Source: Acidimicrobiales bacterium
GTDB lineage: Bacteria; Actinomycetota; Acidimicrobiia; Acidimicrobiales; RAAP-2
Direction: 5' to 3'
Length of the DNA stretch: 64,000 nucleotides
NCBI GenBank assembly: GCA_035534835.1
Contig: DATLRE010000053.1
Location: 523-64,522 of the forward strand
The translations under genes and the position numbers were made by a program. Positions 1 through 13,305 of this stretch are shown here, in pieces. Below the pieces are notes generated by a model that did no database searches, was not told where the DNA came from, and saw nothing but the letters and a program-made list of their open reading frames with translations. The first letter of the stretch is position 1. Each line of letters starts with the position of its first letter.

Positions 1-1988
<1,988 letters not shown>

Positions 1989-1995
1989 AACGACT

Positions 1996-2029
1996 CCGCC
2001 GCCGGCCGTCGCGGCGCGGCCGGCGGCGG
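1996..2029 (-). terminator. intrinsic-terminator-like hairpin after the beta-helix lipoprotein gene
   Basis: Perfect 13-bp GC stem CCGCCGCCGGCCG / CGGCCGGCGGCGG with an 8-nt loop, 11 nt after the stop at 2040. It is followed on the minus strand by AGTCGTTGTTG (weak U tract). Confidence 0.55.
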
Positions 2030-2039
2030 GCCGGTGGTG

Positions 2040-3701
2040 TCAGATCGTCTTGCCGCCCGTGCACCACGCGTTGTCCGGCACGCCCGAGCAGGGGTCCGCC
2101 ATGGTCGGCAGGCCCTTGGGCAGCGGGTGCATCACGACGCCGGTGCTCTTCGGGTACACCATGTCCGGGCCGCACGGTGTCGACCCGAAGTCGCACAGCA
2201 CCTGGGCCAGGAGCGGTCCGCCCGTGTTGCTCGACTTCGTCGTGACGCCGCAGGTCGGCTGCGTCTTCTCCAGGTCGGCGGGCGTGGACCCGTTGGGCGC
2301 CGTGTTGCCCACGTAGCAGTTCGACGGCTGGCCGGCGTTGAGGGTGATCTGCCCGTAGTCGCCGTTCGACGGGTTCCCGAAGTAGCCGTTGTGACTGAAC
2401 GTGTTGTGGAGCAGGGCGTTGTTCATCGGGTCGTAGACGCACCCGAAGGCGCCGTTCTGGACGCCTCCCGTCCCGCTGCACGACTGGTTGTACTCCGGCG
2501 TGCTCGAGTCCGGGAACGGCACCATCAGGAAGCCCCAGGCGCCGTTGTTGGCGAAGGTGTTGTCCATGACCGTGTCGTTGCGACCGCCCGACAGGGTCAT
2601 CCCGGTGCCCACCGGCGCATTCCCGGCGTAGCCGGAACCGGGAGCGTTCGGGTTGTTGTTGTCGTGGAAGCTGTTGTGCATCAGCACCCAGCACGAGTGG
2701 GTGTGGGTGATCGGGCTGATCCCGTTGTTCGGGCAGGCGCCGTTCTGCGGCGCCGGCGGGTCGCCGGCGATCTGGGTGTTGGTGTCGAACCCGTCCCGGT
2801 TGTTGTCGAACTGGGAGTTCTCGATGACGATGGCCCCGCCGGAATTGGTGCCCGAGTAGCCGAGGGCGTTGTACTCCATCCAGGCGTGGTTGATCGTGAT
2901 CCCGCAGACCTGCTGGCAGGCGCCGACGTACGTGCCCGAGTCGTTGAAGTTGGAGCCGTAGATCTGGTTCCAGCTGGCCGGGCCGGAGGCGTCCTGCGAA
3001 AAGATCCCGTAGGTGGCTGCCGTGTCGTTGCCCCCGTAGTAGGTCGAGGTCGCCGTCAGGTAGCTGCCGGTGTAGCCGTGCAGCCCGATCTTGGCGCTGT
3101 CCGCGCCGCCGTTCCACCACACGCCGTTTCCGGAGTCACCGGAGCCGCCGAGGAAGTTGCAGGTGGTCAGGTTGTCGATGCTGACGTTGTCGGCCTTCCA
3201 GACGACGATGCCGTTGCGACCGTACGCCTTCCCGGTCGGGTCGATCGGTCCGTAGGTCTGGTCGGCCGGGTTCGCGCTGCACTGGGGCGAGCCGGCCTTG
3301 GTGCCGTCGACGACCACGGTGGAGCGGTCCATGCCGCGCAGGTGCAGGTTCGCCTTCGTGATCAGCACGCCGGCGCTGTCCCCGTGGGCCGGGTCGGCGG
3401 CCAGGCTCGTGCTGTCGGCGGTCTCGTGGTAGTCGCCGGGGGCGACGAGGACCCAGTCCCCGGGCTTCGCGGCGTTCACCGCCGCCTGGATCGACGTGTA
3501 CTTCCCGGCGTGGCCCTTGTAGGTACCCACCAGCAGGACCTTGCCGGACGGCGCCGTCGTCGTCTGGCTGGACGAGGAGGACGAACTGCAGGCGGTCAGG
3601 AGGCCGGCGCCGGCCACGCACGCGGCCAGTGCCACGGCAGGCCGTCGGATCCTCCCCCGACCCGATCCCGACCGGCCCCGGTCCAACCCTCGCTTGCCCA
3701 T
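2040..3701 (-). CDS. secreted lipoprotein with right-handed parallel beta-helix (pectin-lyase-fold-like) repeats
   Basis: The track ORF 2040..3998 would overlap the ahcY start. ATG 3701 is preceded by GGAGAAGGAG and gives [44 protein letters not shown] (Arg-rich n-region plus LLTAC lipobox). The mature part is G/N/D/T-rich with repeated N-x-F/N-N turns and a Cys-rich C-terminal third. Confidence 0.72.
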   Translation of the reverse strand: MGKRGLDRGRSGSGRGRIRRPAVALAACVAGAGLLTACSSSSSSSQTTTAPSGKVLLVGTYKGHAGKYTSIQAAVNAAKPGDWVLVAPGDYHETADSTSLAADPAHGDSAGVLITKANLHLRGMDRSTVVVDGTKAGSPQCSANPADQTYGPIDPTGKAYGRNGIVVWKADNVSIDNLTTCNFLGGSGDSGNGVWWNGGADSAKIGLHGYTGSYLTATSTYYGGNDTAATYGIFSQDASGPASWNQIYGSNFNDSGTYVGACQQVCGITINHAWMEYNALGYSGTNSGGAIVIENSQFDNNRDGFDTNTQIAGDPPAPQNGACPNNGISPITHTHSCWVLMHNSFHDNNNPNAPGSGYAGNAPVGTGMTLSGGRNDTVMDNTFANNGAWGFLMVPFPDSSTPEYNQSCSGTGGVQNGAFGCVYDPMNNALLHNTFSHNGYFGNPSNGDYGQITLNAGQPSNCYVGNTAPNGSTPADLEKTQPTCGVTTKSSNTGGPLLAQVLCDFGSTPCGPDMVYPKSTGVVMHPLPKGLPTMADPCSGVPDNAWCTGGKTI

Positions 3702-3982
3702 GTACGCACTCCTTCTCCCTCGCCTCCGGACACCCGGGACCCGACCCGACCGGCACGCCGGGTCGAGGCTAACAGGGCTGGCGCGCACCCTCACCACCCG
3801 CCCTGGTTCCGGATCGGCCGTCCGGGCGGACGGCGAAACCGGACCGTGCACTATCATCACTCCAGCGATTCGGGGACCTGGGCCACGGCCGGGGGTGGGA
3901 GGCTCGGACGCACACGGACGGGCTGGACGGCCTGCTCCGGTGAGCACCGCCGCCCACGGGGCCGGTCCGACGAAGGAGCGAC

Positions 3983-5434
<1,452 letters not shown>

Positions 5435-5495
5435 GCCGGGCCGCCCCCGCCACCGGTCCCGATCGACCGCGACCGTGGTCCCGCCGTCCCCGTCC

Positions 5496-6338
5496 ATGAC
5501 GCCGTCCCCCACCGAGGAAACCCGCTACGCCGTGGCCGACGGGGTCGCCACGATCACGCTCCACCGCCCCGAGCGCCTCAACGCGTGGACGGCGGTCATG
5601 AACGCCGAGTACCGGGCGCACCTTCAGTCGGCGTCCGACGACCCCGCTGTCCGGGTCATCGTCGTCACGGGGAGCGGCCGGGGCTTCTGCGCCGGCGCCG
5701 AGTCCGAGGACCTGGCCGCCCACGCCGAGCGCGGCGCCTACGACTCCGGCGCGCCCGACGGTATGGCCACGCCCGGGTACGGGGTCCGGCCCGAGTTCGA
5801 CGCCGAGCTCGCCTACCACTTCGGGGTACCGAAGCCGATCCTGGCCGCCATCAACGGGCCCGTCGCCGGGATCGGGTTCGCCCTCTCCTGTTACTGCGAC
5901 CTCCGGTTCGCCGCCCGCGGGGCCAAGTTCACGACGGCCCATGGCAAGCTGGGTCTGCCCTGCGCCTTCGGCCTGGCGTGGCTGCTGCCCAAGCTGGTCG
6001 GGCTCCCGAGGGCGCTCGACCTGATCCTGTCCAGCCGGACGTTCGAGGCCGACGAGGCGCTCGGGCTCGGCCTCGTCACCGCCGTGGTGGACGGGCCCGA
6101 ACTCCTCGACCACGTGCGGGACTACGCACGCGTGCTCGCCACCACCGTGTCGCCGGCCTCGCTGGCGGCGTCGAAACGCCAGGTCTACGAGGCGTTCCAC
6201 CAGACGGCGGCCGAGGCCGTCCGGGCCGCCGAGGCACTCCTCGACCCCATGATGGCCGGGCCCGACTACCGCGAGGGCGTCGCCGCGCTCCGCGCCAAGC
6301 GCCCCCCGGTCTTCGGGGACCCGCCCGGTCCCGCCTGA
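5496..6338 (+). CDS. enoyl-CoA hydratase/isomerase (crotonase) family protein
   Basis: ITLHRPERLNAW and VIVVTGSGRGFCAGAE oxyanion-hole motif. The start is ambiguous (ATG 5496 or GTG 5475). Confidence 0.85.
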   Translation: MTPSPTEETRYAVADGVATITLHRPERLNAWTAVMNAEYRAHLQSASDDPAVRVIVVTGSGRGFCAGAESEDLAAHAERGAYDSGAPDGMATPGYGVRPEFDAELAYHFGVPKPILAAINGPVAGIGFALSCYCDLRFAARGAKFTTAHGKLGLPCAFGLAWLLPKLVGLPRALDLILSSRTFEADEALGLGLVTAVVDGPELLDHVRDYARVLATTVSPASLAASKRQVYEAFHQTAAEAVRAAEALLDPMMAGPDYREGVAALRAKRPPVFGDPPGPA

Positions 6339-6528
6339 CCCCCCGTACCCCCTCGGGGCGACGGGCGTGGGAGGGGCGGGGGGGCGGTCGACCCCCGGCC
6401 GCCATCTGTGCCACCATCGGAGGTGCACGGACGGACCGCCGTCCGACCTGCGGGCGCCGCGAGCCTGGGCTTCCCCTCCGGGGAACGGATCCGGTGCACC
6501 ACGGGACTCGACGAGGGAGGGAACAACC

Positions 6529-7641
6529 ATGGAGACCCAAGCGGCAGTCCTCAGGGGACAGATGCAGGACTGGCAGGTCGAGACCATCACGCTCGACTCC
6601 CCCAAGGCGGACGAGGTGCTGGTCCGGATCGTCGCCTCGGGCATGTGCCACAGCGACGAGCACCTGCGCACGGGTGACCTGGGCGGCATCTACCCGATCA
6701 TCGGTGGCCACGAGGGCGCAGGCATCGTCGAGGAGGTGGGTGCCGGGGTCGACGACCTCAAGCCCGGCGACCACGTCGTGTTCGGCTTCGTGCCGGCCTG
6801 CGGCAAGTGCCCCTCGTGCGCCAAGGGCCGCTCCAACCTGTGCGACGTGGGCGCCATGCTGATGATGGGCACTCAGATCGACGGCACCTACCGCCACCAC
6901 GCCGCCGACGGCAGCGACATCGGGACCATGGTCTGCCTCGGCACGTTCGCCAAGCACACCGTCGTCAACAAGGCGTCATGCGTGAAGATCCTCGACCACT
7001 ACCCGCTCGACAAGGCCTGCCTGGTCGGCTGCGGCGTCACCACCGGTTGGGGCTCGTCGGTGTACGCCGCCGAGGTCCGCCCCGGTGACGACGTCGTGAT
7101 CATCGGGATCGGCGGCATCGGTGCCTCGGCCATCCAGGGCGCCCGCCTCGCCGGTGCCGAGCACATCTTCGCCATCGACCCCCTCCCGTGGAAGCGCGAG
7201 ATGGCCCTCAAGTTCGGCGCCACGCACGCCTACTCGAGCATCGAGGAGGCGACCGCGCTGGTCAACGAGGTGACCTGGGGCAAGAACGCCGACAAGGTGA
7301 TCTGCACCATGGGCGTCGGCGAGGGCCGGCTGATGGAGTCGATCATGCAGATGACGGCCAAGGGCGGGCGCGTCGTCGTCACCAACATCCACCCCATGGA
7401 CGAGACCGACGTCACCCTGCAGCTGACCTGGCTGACCCTGCTGGAGAAGCAGATCGTCGGCACCATCTTCGGGTCGGCCAACATCCGCTACGACATCCCC
7501 CACCTCCTCAAGCTCTACGACCAGGGCCAGCTCGACCTCGACGGCATGGTCACCAACAACTACAAGCTCGAGGAGATCAACCAGGGGTACGCCGACATGC
7601 TGGACGGCAAGAACATCCGGGGCGTGCTCCGCTACGAGTGA
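6529..7641 (+). CDS. zinc-dependent alcohol dehydrogenase (class III / NDMA-dependent-like)
   Basis: ATG 6529 follows GAGGGAGGG. GMCHSDEH catalytic-Zn motif, structural-Zn cluster CGKCPSCAKGRSNLC, GIGGIGASAIQGA Rossmann loop. The 5' extension of track ORF 6367.. is non-protein-like. Confidence 0.9.
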   Translation: METQAAVLRGQMQDWQVETITLDSPKADEVLVRIVASGMCHSDEHLRTGDLGGIYPIIGGHEGAGIVEEVGAGVDDLKPGDHVVFGFVPACGKCPSCAKGRSNLCDVGAMLMMGTQIDGTYRHHAADGSDIGTMVCLGTFAKHTVVNKASCVKILDHYPLDKACLVGCGVTTGWGSSVYAAEVRPGDDVVIIGIGGIGASAIQGARLAGAEHIFAIDPLPWKREMALKFGATHAYSSIEEATALVNEVTWGKNADKVICTMGVGEGRLMESIMQMTAKGGRVVVTNIHPMDETDVTLQLTWLTLLEKQIVGTIFGSANIRYDIPHLLKLYDQGQLDLDGMVTNNYKLEEINQGYADMLDGKNIRGVLRYE

Positions 7642-7714
7642 TCCGCCCGGGGGGCGCCCGGCCCGACCGCCCCCGGGTTTCCGGGTGGCGGCGTGGCCGG
7701 GTACCGTGGCAGCC

Positions 7715-8809
7715 ATGTCCGGAGACACCGCCACCTCCCCCGCACCCGTGAACGTCACCCTGGCCCCGCCCCGGCGGGGTGAGCCGGTGCGGCCCGACAT
7801 CGATCCGTCCGAGGCCCGCGCCCGGATCCGGGCCGCGGAGTCGGCGCTGCTCGACGACCGGCGCCTGCTGACCGGCCACGAGCTGGCCGGCCTGGCCGCC
7901 CTGCCCGACGCCCACGTGACGTCACTCGCCGCCCTGGCCCACCAGGTCCGACTGGCGTGGTGCGGGCCCGAGGTCGAAGTGGAGGGCATCCTGTCGGCCA
8001 AGACGGGAGGGTGCCCCGAGGACTGCCACTTCTGCTCGCAGTCCTCCCGCTTCGACACGCCGGTCAAGGCGACGCCCTTCCTCGACGCCGACGAGGTGCT
8101 GCGGGCCGCCGAGGAGACCCGTGCGGCGGGCGCCTCCGAGTTCTGCATCGTGCTGGCCGTACGTGGCCCCGACGAGCGGACGATGCAGCGCATCCTCGAG
8201 CTGGTCCCGATGGTCCAGGAGCGCACCGGCCTCAACGTGGCGGTGAGCGCCGGGCTGCTCACCGAGGACCAGGCCCGGCGCTTCGCCGACGGCGGGGTCC
8301 ACCGCTACAACCACAACCTCGAGACGTCCCGCTCGTTCTTCCCCAACGTGGTGACCTCCCACACCTGGGAGGAGCGCGAGGCGACGTGCCGCCTGGTCCG
8401 CGACCACGGCATGGAGCTGTGCTGCGGCGCTCTGATCGGCATGGGGGAGACCGACGCGCAGCGCATCGAGCTGCTGACCCAGCTCCAGGAGCTCGACCCC
8501 ACCGAGGTCCCCCTCAACTTCCTGAACCCCCGTCCGGGCACCCCGCTGGGCGACGGACAGCCGGTGGCGGCCTGGGAGGCCATCCGCTGGATCGCCCTGT
8601 TCCGGCTCGGTCTCCCCGGCGTCATCCTGCGCTACGCCGGCGGCCGCGAGGTGACCCTCCGCGAGCTCCAGTCGATGGGGATGACCTCGGGCATCAACGC
8701 CCTGATCGTCGGCAACTACCTGACCACGCTCGGCCGCTCGGCCGACGAGGACCTCCAGATGCTGTCCGATCTCCGCATGCCCGTCGGCGCCCTGACCGGC
8801 GTCCTGTGA
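7715..8809 (+). CDS. bioB: biotin synthase (radical SAM)
   Basis: CPEDCHFC (CxxxCxxC) radical-SAM cluster motif, YNHNLETS, CCGALIGMGE. The start is ATG 7715 (alternative GTG 7685). Confidence 0.93.
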   Translation: MSGDTATSPAPVNVTLAPPRRGEPVRPDIDPSEARARIRAAESALLDDRRLLTGHELAGLAALPDAHVTSLAALAHQVRLAWCGPEVEVEGILSAKTGGCPEDCHFCSQSSRFDTPVKATPFLDADEVLRAAEETRAAGASEFCIVLAVRGPDERTMQRILELVPMVQERTGLNVAVSAGLLTEDQARRFADGGVHRYNHNLETSRSFFPNVVTSHTWEEREATCRLVRDHGMELCCGALIGMGETDAQRIELLTQLQELDPTEVPLNFLNPRPGTPLGDGQPVAAWEAIRWIALFRLGLPGVILRYAGGREVTLRELQSMGMTSGINALIVGNYLTTLGRSADEDLQMLSDLRMPVGALTGVL

Positions 8810-9024
8810 GCCGTCCCTCGCCGGGCACCGTGGAGGACACGCCCGCCGGGTCGGTGGCCGGGCCGCACTGCACCGGCTGCGGCTCGCTGTCGTGCATCGG
8901 GTGCAGCCGGGCGTTCGACCCACCCCGCTACTGCCCCGACTGCGGCCGTCGGCTCGCCGTCACCGTCACCCCGGGCGGCTACCGGGCCCGGTGCCGCGAC
9001 CACGGGGAGCTCACCGGGACCTGA
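8806..9024 (+). CDS. bsaP: small Cys-rich protein overlapping the bioB stop; candidate biotin synthase auxiliary protein (BsaP-like)
   Basis: GTG 8806 overlaps the bioB TGA (8807-8809) as GTGA. 72 aa: VSRPSPGTVEDTPAGSVAGPHCTGCGSLSCIGCSRAFDPPRYCPDCGRRLAVTVTPGGYRARCRDHGELTGT, with 7 Cys plus His in CxxC-type pairs. The position immediately after bioB matches the mycobacterial Rv1590/BsaP arrangement. Confidence 0.6.
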   Translation: MSRPSPGTVEDTPAGSVAGPHCTGCGSLSCIGCSRAFDPPRYCPDCGRRLAVTVTPGGYRARCRDHGELTGT

Positions 9025-9219
9025 ACCCTCCCGGTCCCCCGGGGCCGCCGGGGTACGGGGCACGGGGCACGGGGCCGATCCCCTGCCCGACGGCATCGAT
9101 GACTGGGTCGGCACGAGCTCCCGTAGGATCGGGGTGACGATCGAGGTGGCCGTTGCTGCCTACCTGATCGTCAAGGGCAGCTCGGCGCTCCCCTGAAGGG
9201 GTGGGATCTGGAGGCACGG

Positions 9220-9624
9220 ATGGACTGGAAGCTCGAACTCGTGGTCGTGCCCGTCGCCGACCAGGACCGCGCCAAGACCTTCTACCTGGACGCCATGGGC
9301 TTCGACCTGCTCGTGGACCACCAGGGGAGCCCGACGTTCCGGGTCATCCAGGCCACGCCGCCCGGCTCCGCCTGCTCGATCGCCCTGATGCACAACCCGG
9401 AGGCCGCCGGTACCGCCCAGGGCCTCCACCTCGTCGTGCCGGACATCGAGGGCGCCCACGCCGAGCTCAACGAGCGGGGTGCGGCACCGGGCGGGCTCGT
9501 CCACTTCGAGGCGGGCACCCAGCTCGACGGTCCCGACCCGGAGGGACGCGACTACAACTCGTTCTTCGAGGTGCACGACCCCGACGGAAACGGCTGGCTG
9601 GTCCAGCACGTCTCCGGCCGGTAG
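9220..9624 (+). CDS. VOC (glyoxalase/bleomycin-resistance/dioxygenase) family protein
   Basis: 134 aa. LVVVPVADQDRAKTFYLDAMGF...FEVHDPDGNGWLV is the typical paired beta-alpha-beta-beta-beta module signature. GGAGG RBS. Confidence 0.85.
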   Translation: MDWKLELVVVPVADQDRAKTFYLDAMGFDLLVDHQGSPTFRVIQATPPGSACSIALMHNPEAAGTAQGLHLVVPDIEGAHAELNERGAAPGGLVHFEAGTQLDGPDPEGRDYNSFFEVHDPDGNGWLVQHVSGR

Positions 9625-9673
9625 CCGGCGCGGCGTCGCCCTCCACCGTTCGTCGACGGCTGCGGCCAGGAGG

Positions 9674-10618
9674 TCACACCGCGTCGGGGCCGGGCACCGG
9701 CCACCGCACCCGGGTCGCCCATCCCCATCGCTCGAACCGGGCGATGAGCCACGCGGACGGGTCGACCATCCCCCGGTAGGCGCCGTGGCGGGCCCACGAG
9801 GGATGTGCGTGGTGGACGTTGTGCCAGGCCTCACCGAACGACACGACCGCCAGCGGCCACAGGTTGGTGCTCCTGTCGGTCGTCGGGTCGCTCCGACGGC
9901 CGAACGCGTGGCACAGCGAGTTCACCGACCACGTGACGTGGTGGAGCACCGCCATGCGGACCAGCCCCGCCCACACCAGTGCCGTGAGCGCGCCGAACCA
10001 GGAGCCCGAGATGGCGTAGCCGATGCCGAACGGCACGGCCAGTGAGGCGAGCGCCAGGAGGGGGAACAGTCTGCCGATCCTCGCCAGGTCCCGATCCTTC
10101 AACAGGTCGGGCGCATAGCGTTCGGCGCTCGACGCATCCGAGACGAACAGCCATCCCATGTGGGAGAAGGCCAGGCCCCGCACCAGTGCCATGCCCCGGT
10201 CGCCGTAGCGGTGGGGTGAGTGCGGGTCGCCCGCCCGGTCGCTGAACATGTGGTGACGACGGTGGGTGGCGACCCAGCTCGTCACCGATCCCTCGACGGC
10301 CATGGACCCGAGCACGGCGAGCACGATCTTGAGCGCGCGGCGCGGGGCGAAGCCACGGTGGGTGAAGAGCCGGTGGAAGCCCACGGTGAGGCCGAAGCCG
10401 GTCACCACGTAGAGCACCAGGGCGATCAGGACGTCCGTCAGGTTCACCACCCCGCCCCAGAACCACCAGACGGCCAGACCGAGCGCGACGGCCGGACCCG
10501 CCACGATGGCGGCGGTCGCCACCTTCTGCACGGCGTGCACCGTCACCGGAGGGCGGTGCCCGTCGGTCGACGGGTCGGTCGCGCTCAGTGCGGCGGTTGC
10601 GGCGGTTGCGGGACCCAT
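9674..10618 (-). CDS. membrane acyl-CoA (stearoyl-type) fatty acid desaturase
   Basis: Three His boxes HRLFTHR, HRRHH and HNVHHAH in canonical order, plus hydrophobic helices. Confidence 0.9.
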   Translation of the reverse strand: MGPATAATAALSATDPSTDGHRPPVTVHAVQKVATAAIVAGPAVALGLAVWWFWGGVVNLTDVLIALVLYVVTGFGLTVGFHRLFTHRGFAPRRALKIVLAVLGSMAVEGSVTSWVATHRRHHMFSDRAGDPHSPHRYGDRGMALVRGLAFSHMGWLFVSDASSAERYAPDLLKDRDLARIGRLFPLLALASLAVPFGIGYAISGSWFGALTALVWAGLVRMAVLHHVTWSVNSLCHAFGRRSDPTTDRSTNLWPLAVVSFGEAWHNVHHAHPSWARHGAYRGMVDPSAWLIARFERWGWATRVRWPVPGPDAV

Positions 10619-10809
10619 GGGACCTCCGGTGGCGCGGATGCGTGTGGGGCAGGGCCATTCCGGAGGGCCTGGTGCGGGCCGGACGCCGAGCGACGGTGCT
10701 CCAGCCTACCGCCGGGGCCGGGATCCCCCCGGTCGGGCGCGGGCCCGGGCGGCGCGGCGCGGGCGTCGGGCGGCGGGCGGGCCCCCATCCCGTCGCATGC
10801 GGTGACCCC

Positions 10810-12465
10810 ATGGAGCGACCCAACATCCTGCTGATCCTGACATCCTGCTGATCCTGACGGACGAGGAGCGGTACCCGCCGCCGTACGAGTCCGAGGCGGT
10901 CCGCTCGTTCCGCACGTCGCAGCTGCCGGCACGGGAGTCGATCCGGTCGCGGGGCGTCGAGTTCCACCGCCACTACGCCGGCTCGACGGCGTGCTCCCCC
11001 AGCCGGGCGACCCTGTTCACCGGAAAGTACCCGTCGCTCCACGGGGTCACGGCCACCGCCGGCCTCGCCAAGCAGAGCGACGACCCGGCCATGGGCTGGC
11101 TCGACCCGAATTCGGTGCCAACGCTGGGCGACTGGTTCCGGGCGGGCGGCTACCGGACCCACGACCGCGGCAAGTGGCACGTATCGCACGCAGACCTCCT
11201 GATTCCCGGCACCCACGAGGGGCTCCTGGCCTCCGACGACGGGGGCCGGCCGATCCCCGAGGCGGTCGACGCCTACCGCCGGGCGGACCGGCTGGACCCG
11301 TTCGGGTTCTCGGGGTGGATCGGCCGCGAGCCCCACGGGCCGGCGAAGTCCGCCTGCGGAACGGTCCGCGACGGCGTCTCCGCGGAGCAGGTGGTCGAGC
11401 TCTTCGACGAGCTGGTGGCGGCGCGGGCCGACGGGCCCTGGCTCACCGTCGCCTCCTTCGTGAACCCCCACGACATCGCCTTCTCCGGATTCGGGTGGGA
11501 GCAGCTCCTCCGGTTCGGCCCGCCCGACGACACGGTGCCGGACGTGGACGAGCCGCCGTCGCAGTCGGATCCGTTCGGGGGACGGCCGGCCTGCCAGGAG
11601 GCCTTCCGTGCGATCTGGCCGGAGATGATCTTCGAGACGGCGACCGATCTCGCCTATCGGCGCCTGTACTACCACCTCCACAAACTGGTGGACCGGGCCA
11701 TCGGCCGGATCCTCGAGGCGCTCGAGCGCTCCGGCATGGCCGACAGCACCATCGTCGTCTTCACGTCCGACCACGGCGACCTGCTCGGCGCCCACGGGGG
11801 CTCGTCCAGAAGTGGTGCAACGCATTCGACGAGGCCACCCGGGTTCCGCTGCTGGTCGCCGGACCCGGCATCGACCCGTTGCCAACGGAGTCACGATCCC
11901 CTCCAGCCACGTCGACCTCGTCCCGACCCTGCTCGGGCTGGCCGGGATCGACCGGGAGCAGGCCGCGGCCGGCGGGGCCGCCCACCACGTCGAGAACCAG
12001 CCGCTGCCCGGCCGGGACCTGAGCGGTGCGGTCCGCGGGAGCGTGGGCCCGGAGTCACTCGTCTCGCCGGTGTACTTCATGACCGAGGACGACGTGACCC
12101 GTGGCTCGACCCAGGTCAACGTCCTGACCGGGCAGCCGTTCGACAGCGTGGCCATGCCGACGAACATCGAGTCGGTGCTCGCCACCCTGCCCACGGGCGA
12201 CGGCGGCGCCCCCGAACTGTGGAAGCTGAACCACTACTACGAGCGGCTCGACGACTGGTACGCGGACCGAGGGGTGGCCCCGAACCCGTTCCTCGGGCCG
12301 GCGGCGGAGCCGGCCTTCGATCTCCACAACCTCACCGCGGACGCCGAGGAGCGCCACAACCTCGCCGACGAGGCGGTCGCCGTGCGCTCGACGATGTCCT
12401 CGGTCCTCGAGTCCGAGCGCGACGCCAAGCGCAGGATCCCCTCGGTGCGCAACCCCGCCGGCTGA
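10810..12465 (+). pseudogene. formylglycine-type sulfatase disrupted by a 17-bp tandem duplication and two 1-nt frameshifts
   Basis: ATG 10810 gives MERPNILLILTSC*, stopping inside the duplication. Removing one copy gives MERPNILLILTDEERYPPP...HYAGSTACSPSRATLFTGKYPS (CxPxR motif). Reading continues in frame 0 to FTSDHGDLLGAHGG (about 11800, G5 run). It then needs -1 to read LVQKWCNAFDEATRVPLLVAGPGIDP (about 11875). It then needs another -1 to read VANGVTIPSSHVDLVPTLLGLAGID... through the stop at 12465. Track ORFs 10588.., 10991.., 11091.. and 11812.. are its fragments. Confidence 0.8.
10825..10858 (+). repeat. perfect 17-bp tandem duplication ATCCTGCTGATCCTGAC x2 inside the sulfatase 5' end
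   Basis: Read directly: copy 1 at 10825-10841, copy 2 at 10842-10858. It shifts the frame and creates TGA at 10849-10851. Confidence 0.95.
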
Positions 12466-12651
12466 CGGGGCGCCACCGTTTCGGGCTCGTCGGCACCGAC
12501 GATGGACTCCCGGACCCGCCGGTGACGCCCGGCGGTGGCGCGCCTGCCCCTCGCAGGGGAACGGATCCCCGTGACCGGCTACGTTCGCGTCATCGACGGT
12601 CACGTCGATCCGGCGCGGATCCGGCCATCCGCACAGGAGGAGGCGGTACGC

Positions 12652-13269
12652 ATGGCACTCGAGGTCGTTGGCGCAGGCGTGGGGCGGACCGGCACCAACT
12701 CGCTCAAGCTCGCACTCGAGCAGCTCACCGGCGAGCCGTGCCACCACATGTTCGAGATCTTCGGCAACCCGGAGCAGATCCCGCTGTGGACCGATGCCAT
12801 CGAGGGTCGGCCGGTCGACTGGTCGACCCTGCTCGCCGGCTACGCCAGCCTGGTCGACTGGCCGGGGGCGTCGTTCTGGCCGGAGCTGTATGCGGCCAAT
12901 CCGGACGCCCTCGTGCTCCTGTCCGTCCGCAGCCCCGAGTCCTGGTACGCCAGTGCCTCGAACACCATCTTCGGCGTGTTCGACGCCGCCCCGCCCGAGA
13001 TGCGTCCCTGGTTCGAGACGGTGCGCAGGCTCCTGCGGGACAGGTTCAGCGACCAGCTCGACGATCCGACCGCCATGATGGACGCCTTCGTGCGCCACAA
13101 CGACGAGGTCCGGGCGACCGTCCCGGCGGAGCGCCTGCTCGAATGGACGCCGAGCGACGGCTGGGAGCCCATCTGCGAGCGCCTCGGCGTCGAGGTGCCC
13201 GATGAGCCGTTCCCGAGGACCAACGACACCAACCAGTGGCGGGCCAACCTCGGGTTGCCCCCGGTCTGA
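12652..13269 (+). CDS. sulfotransferase family protein (Stf0/Sulfotransfer_4-like)
   Basis: ATG 12652 follows CAGGAGGAGG. N-terminal GVGRTGTNSLKLAL resembles the PAPS 5'-phosphosulfate-binding loop. Downstream SVRSPESWYAS and RHNDEVRATVP fit this family. Confidence 0.75.
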   Translation: MALEVVGAGVGRTGTNSLKLALEQLTGEPCHHMFEIFGNPEQIPLWTDAIEGRPVDWSTLLAGYASLVDWPGASFWPELYAANPDALVLLSVRSPESWYASASNTIFGVFDAAPPEMRPWFETVRRLLRDRFSDQLDDPTAMMDAFVRHNDEVRATVPAERLLEWTPSDGWEPICERLGVEVPDEPFPRTNDTNQWRANLGLPPV

Positions 13270-13305
13270 CCGATCGGTCCGGGCACCGGGCAGCCACGGT
13301 GGTGC

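Noticed and set aside
3858-3982. SAH riboswitch upstream of ahcY
   Set aside because: The segment AGGCUCGGA (3899-3907) resembles part of the motif. I found no complementary 5' P1 strand (CCGAGCCU-type) and no AGCGCUGC ... GGCGCUC pseudoknot pair in the correct order. A GGCGGUGCUCACC-like string occurs only on the opposite strand. Not supported by eye; cmsearch could overturn this.
11091-13205. 704-aa ORF as a single gene; also 10991..12022 as a gene
   Set aside because: Only the first part (to about 11800) is sulfatase-like. The remainder is a shadow frame running across the sulfotransferase gene. 10991..12022 carries just a 26-aa sulfatase segment. All are fragments of one disrupted sulfatase.
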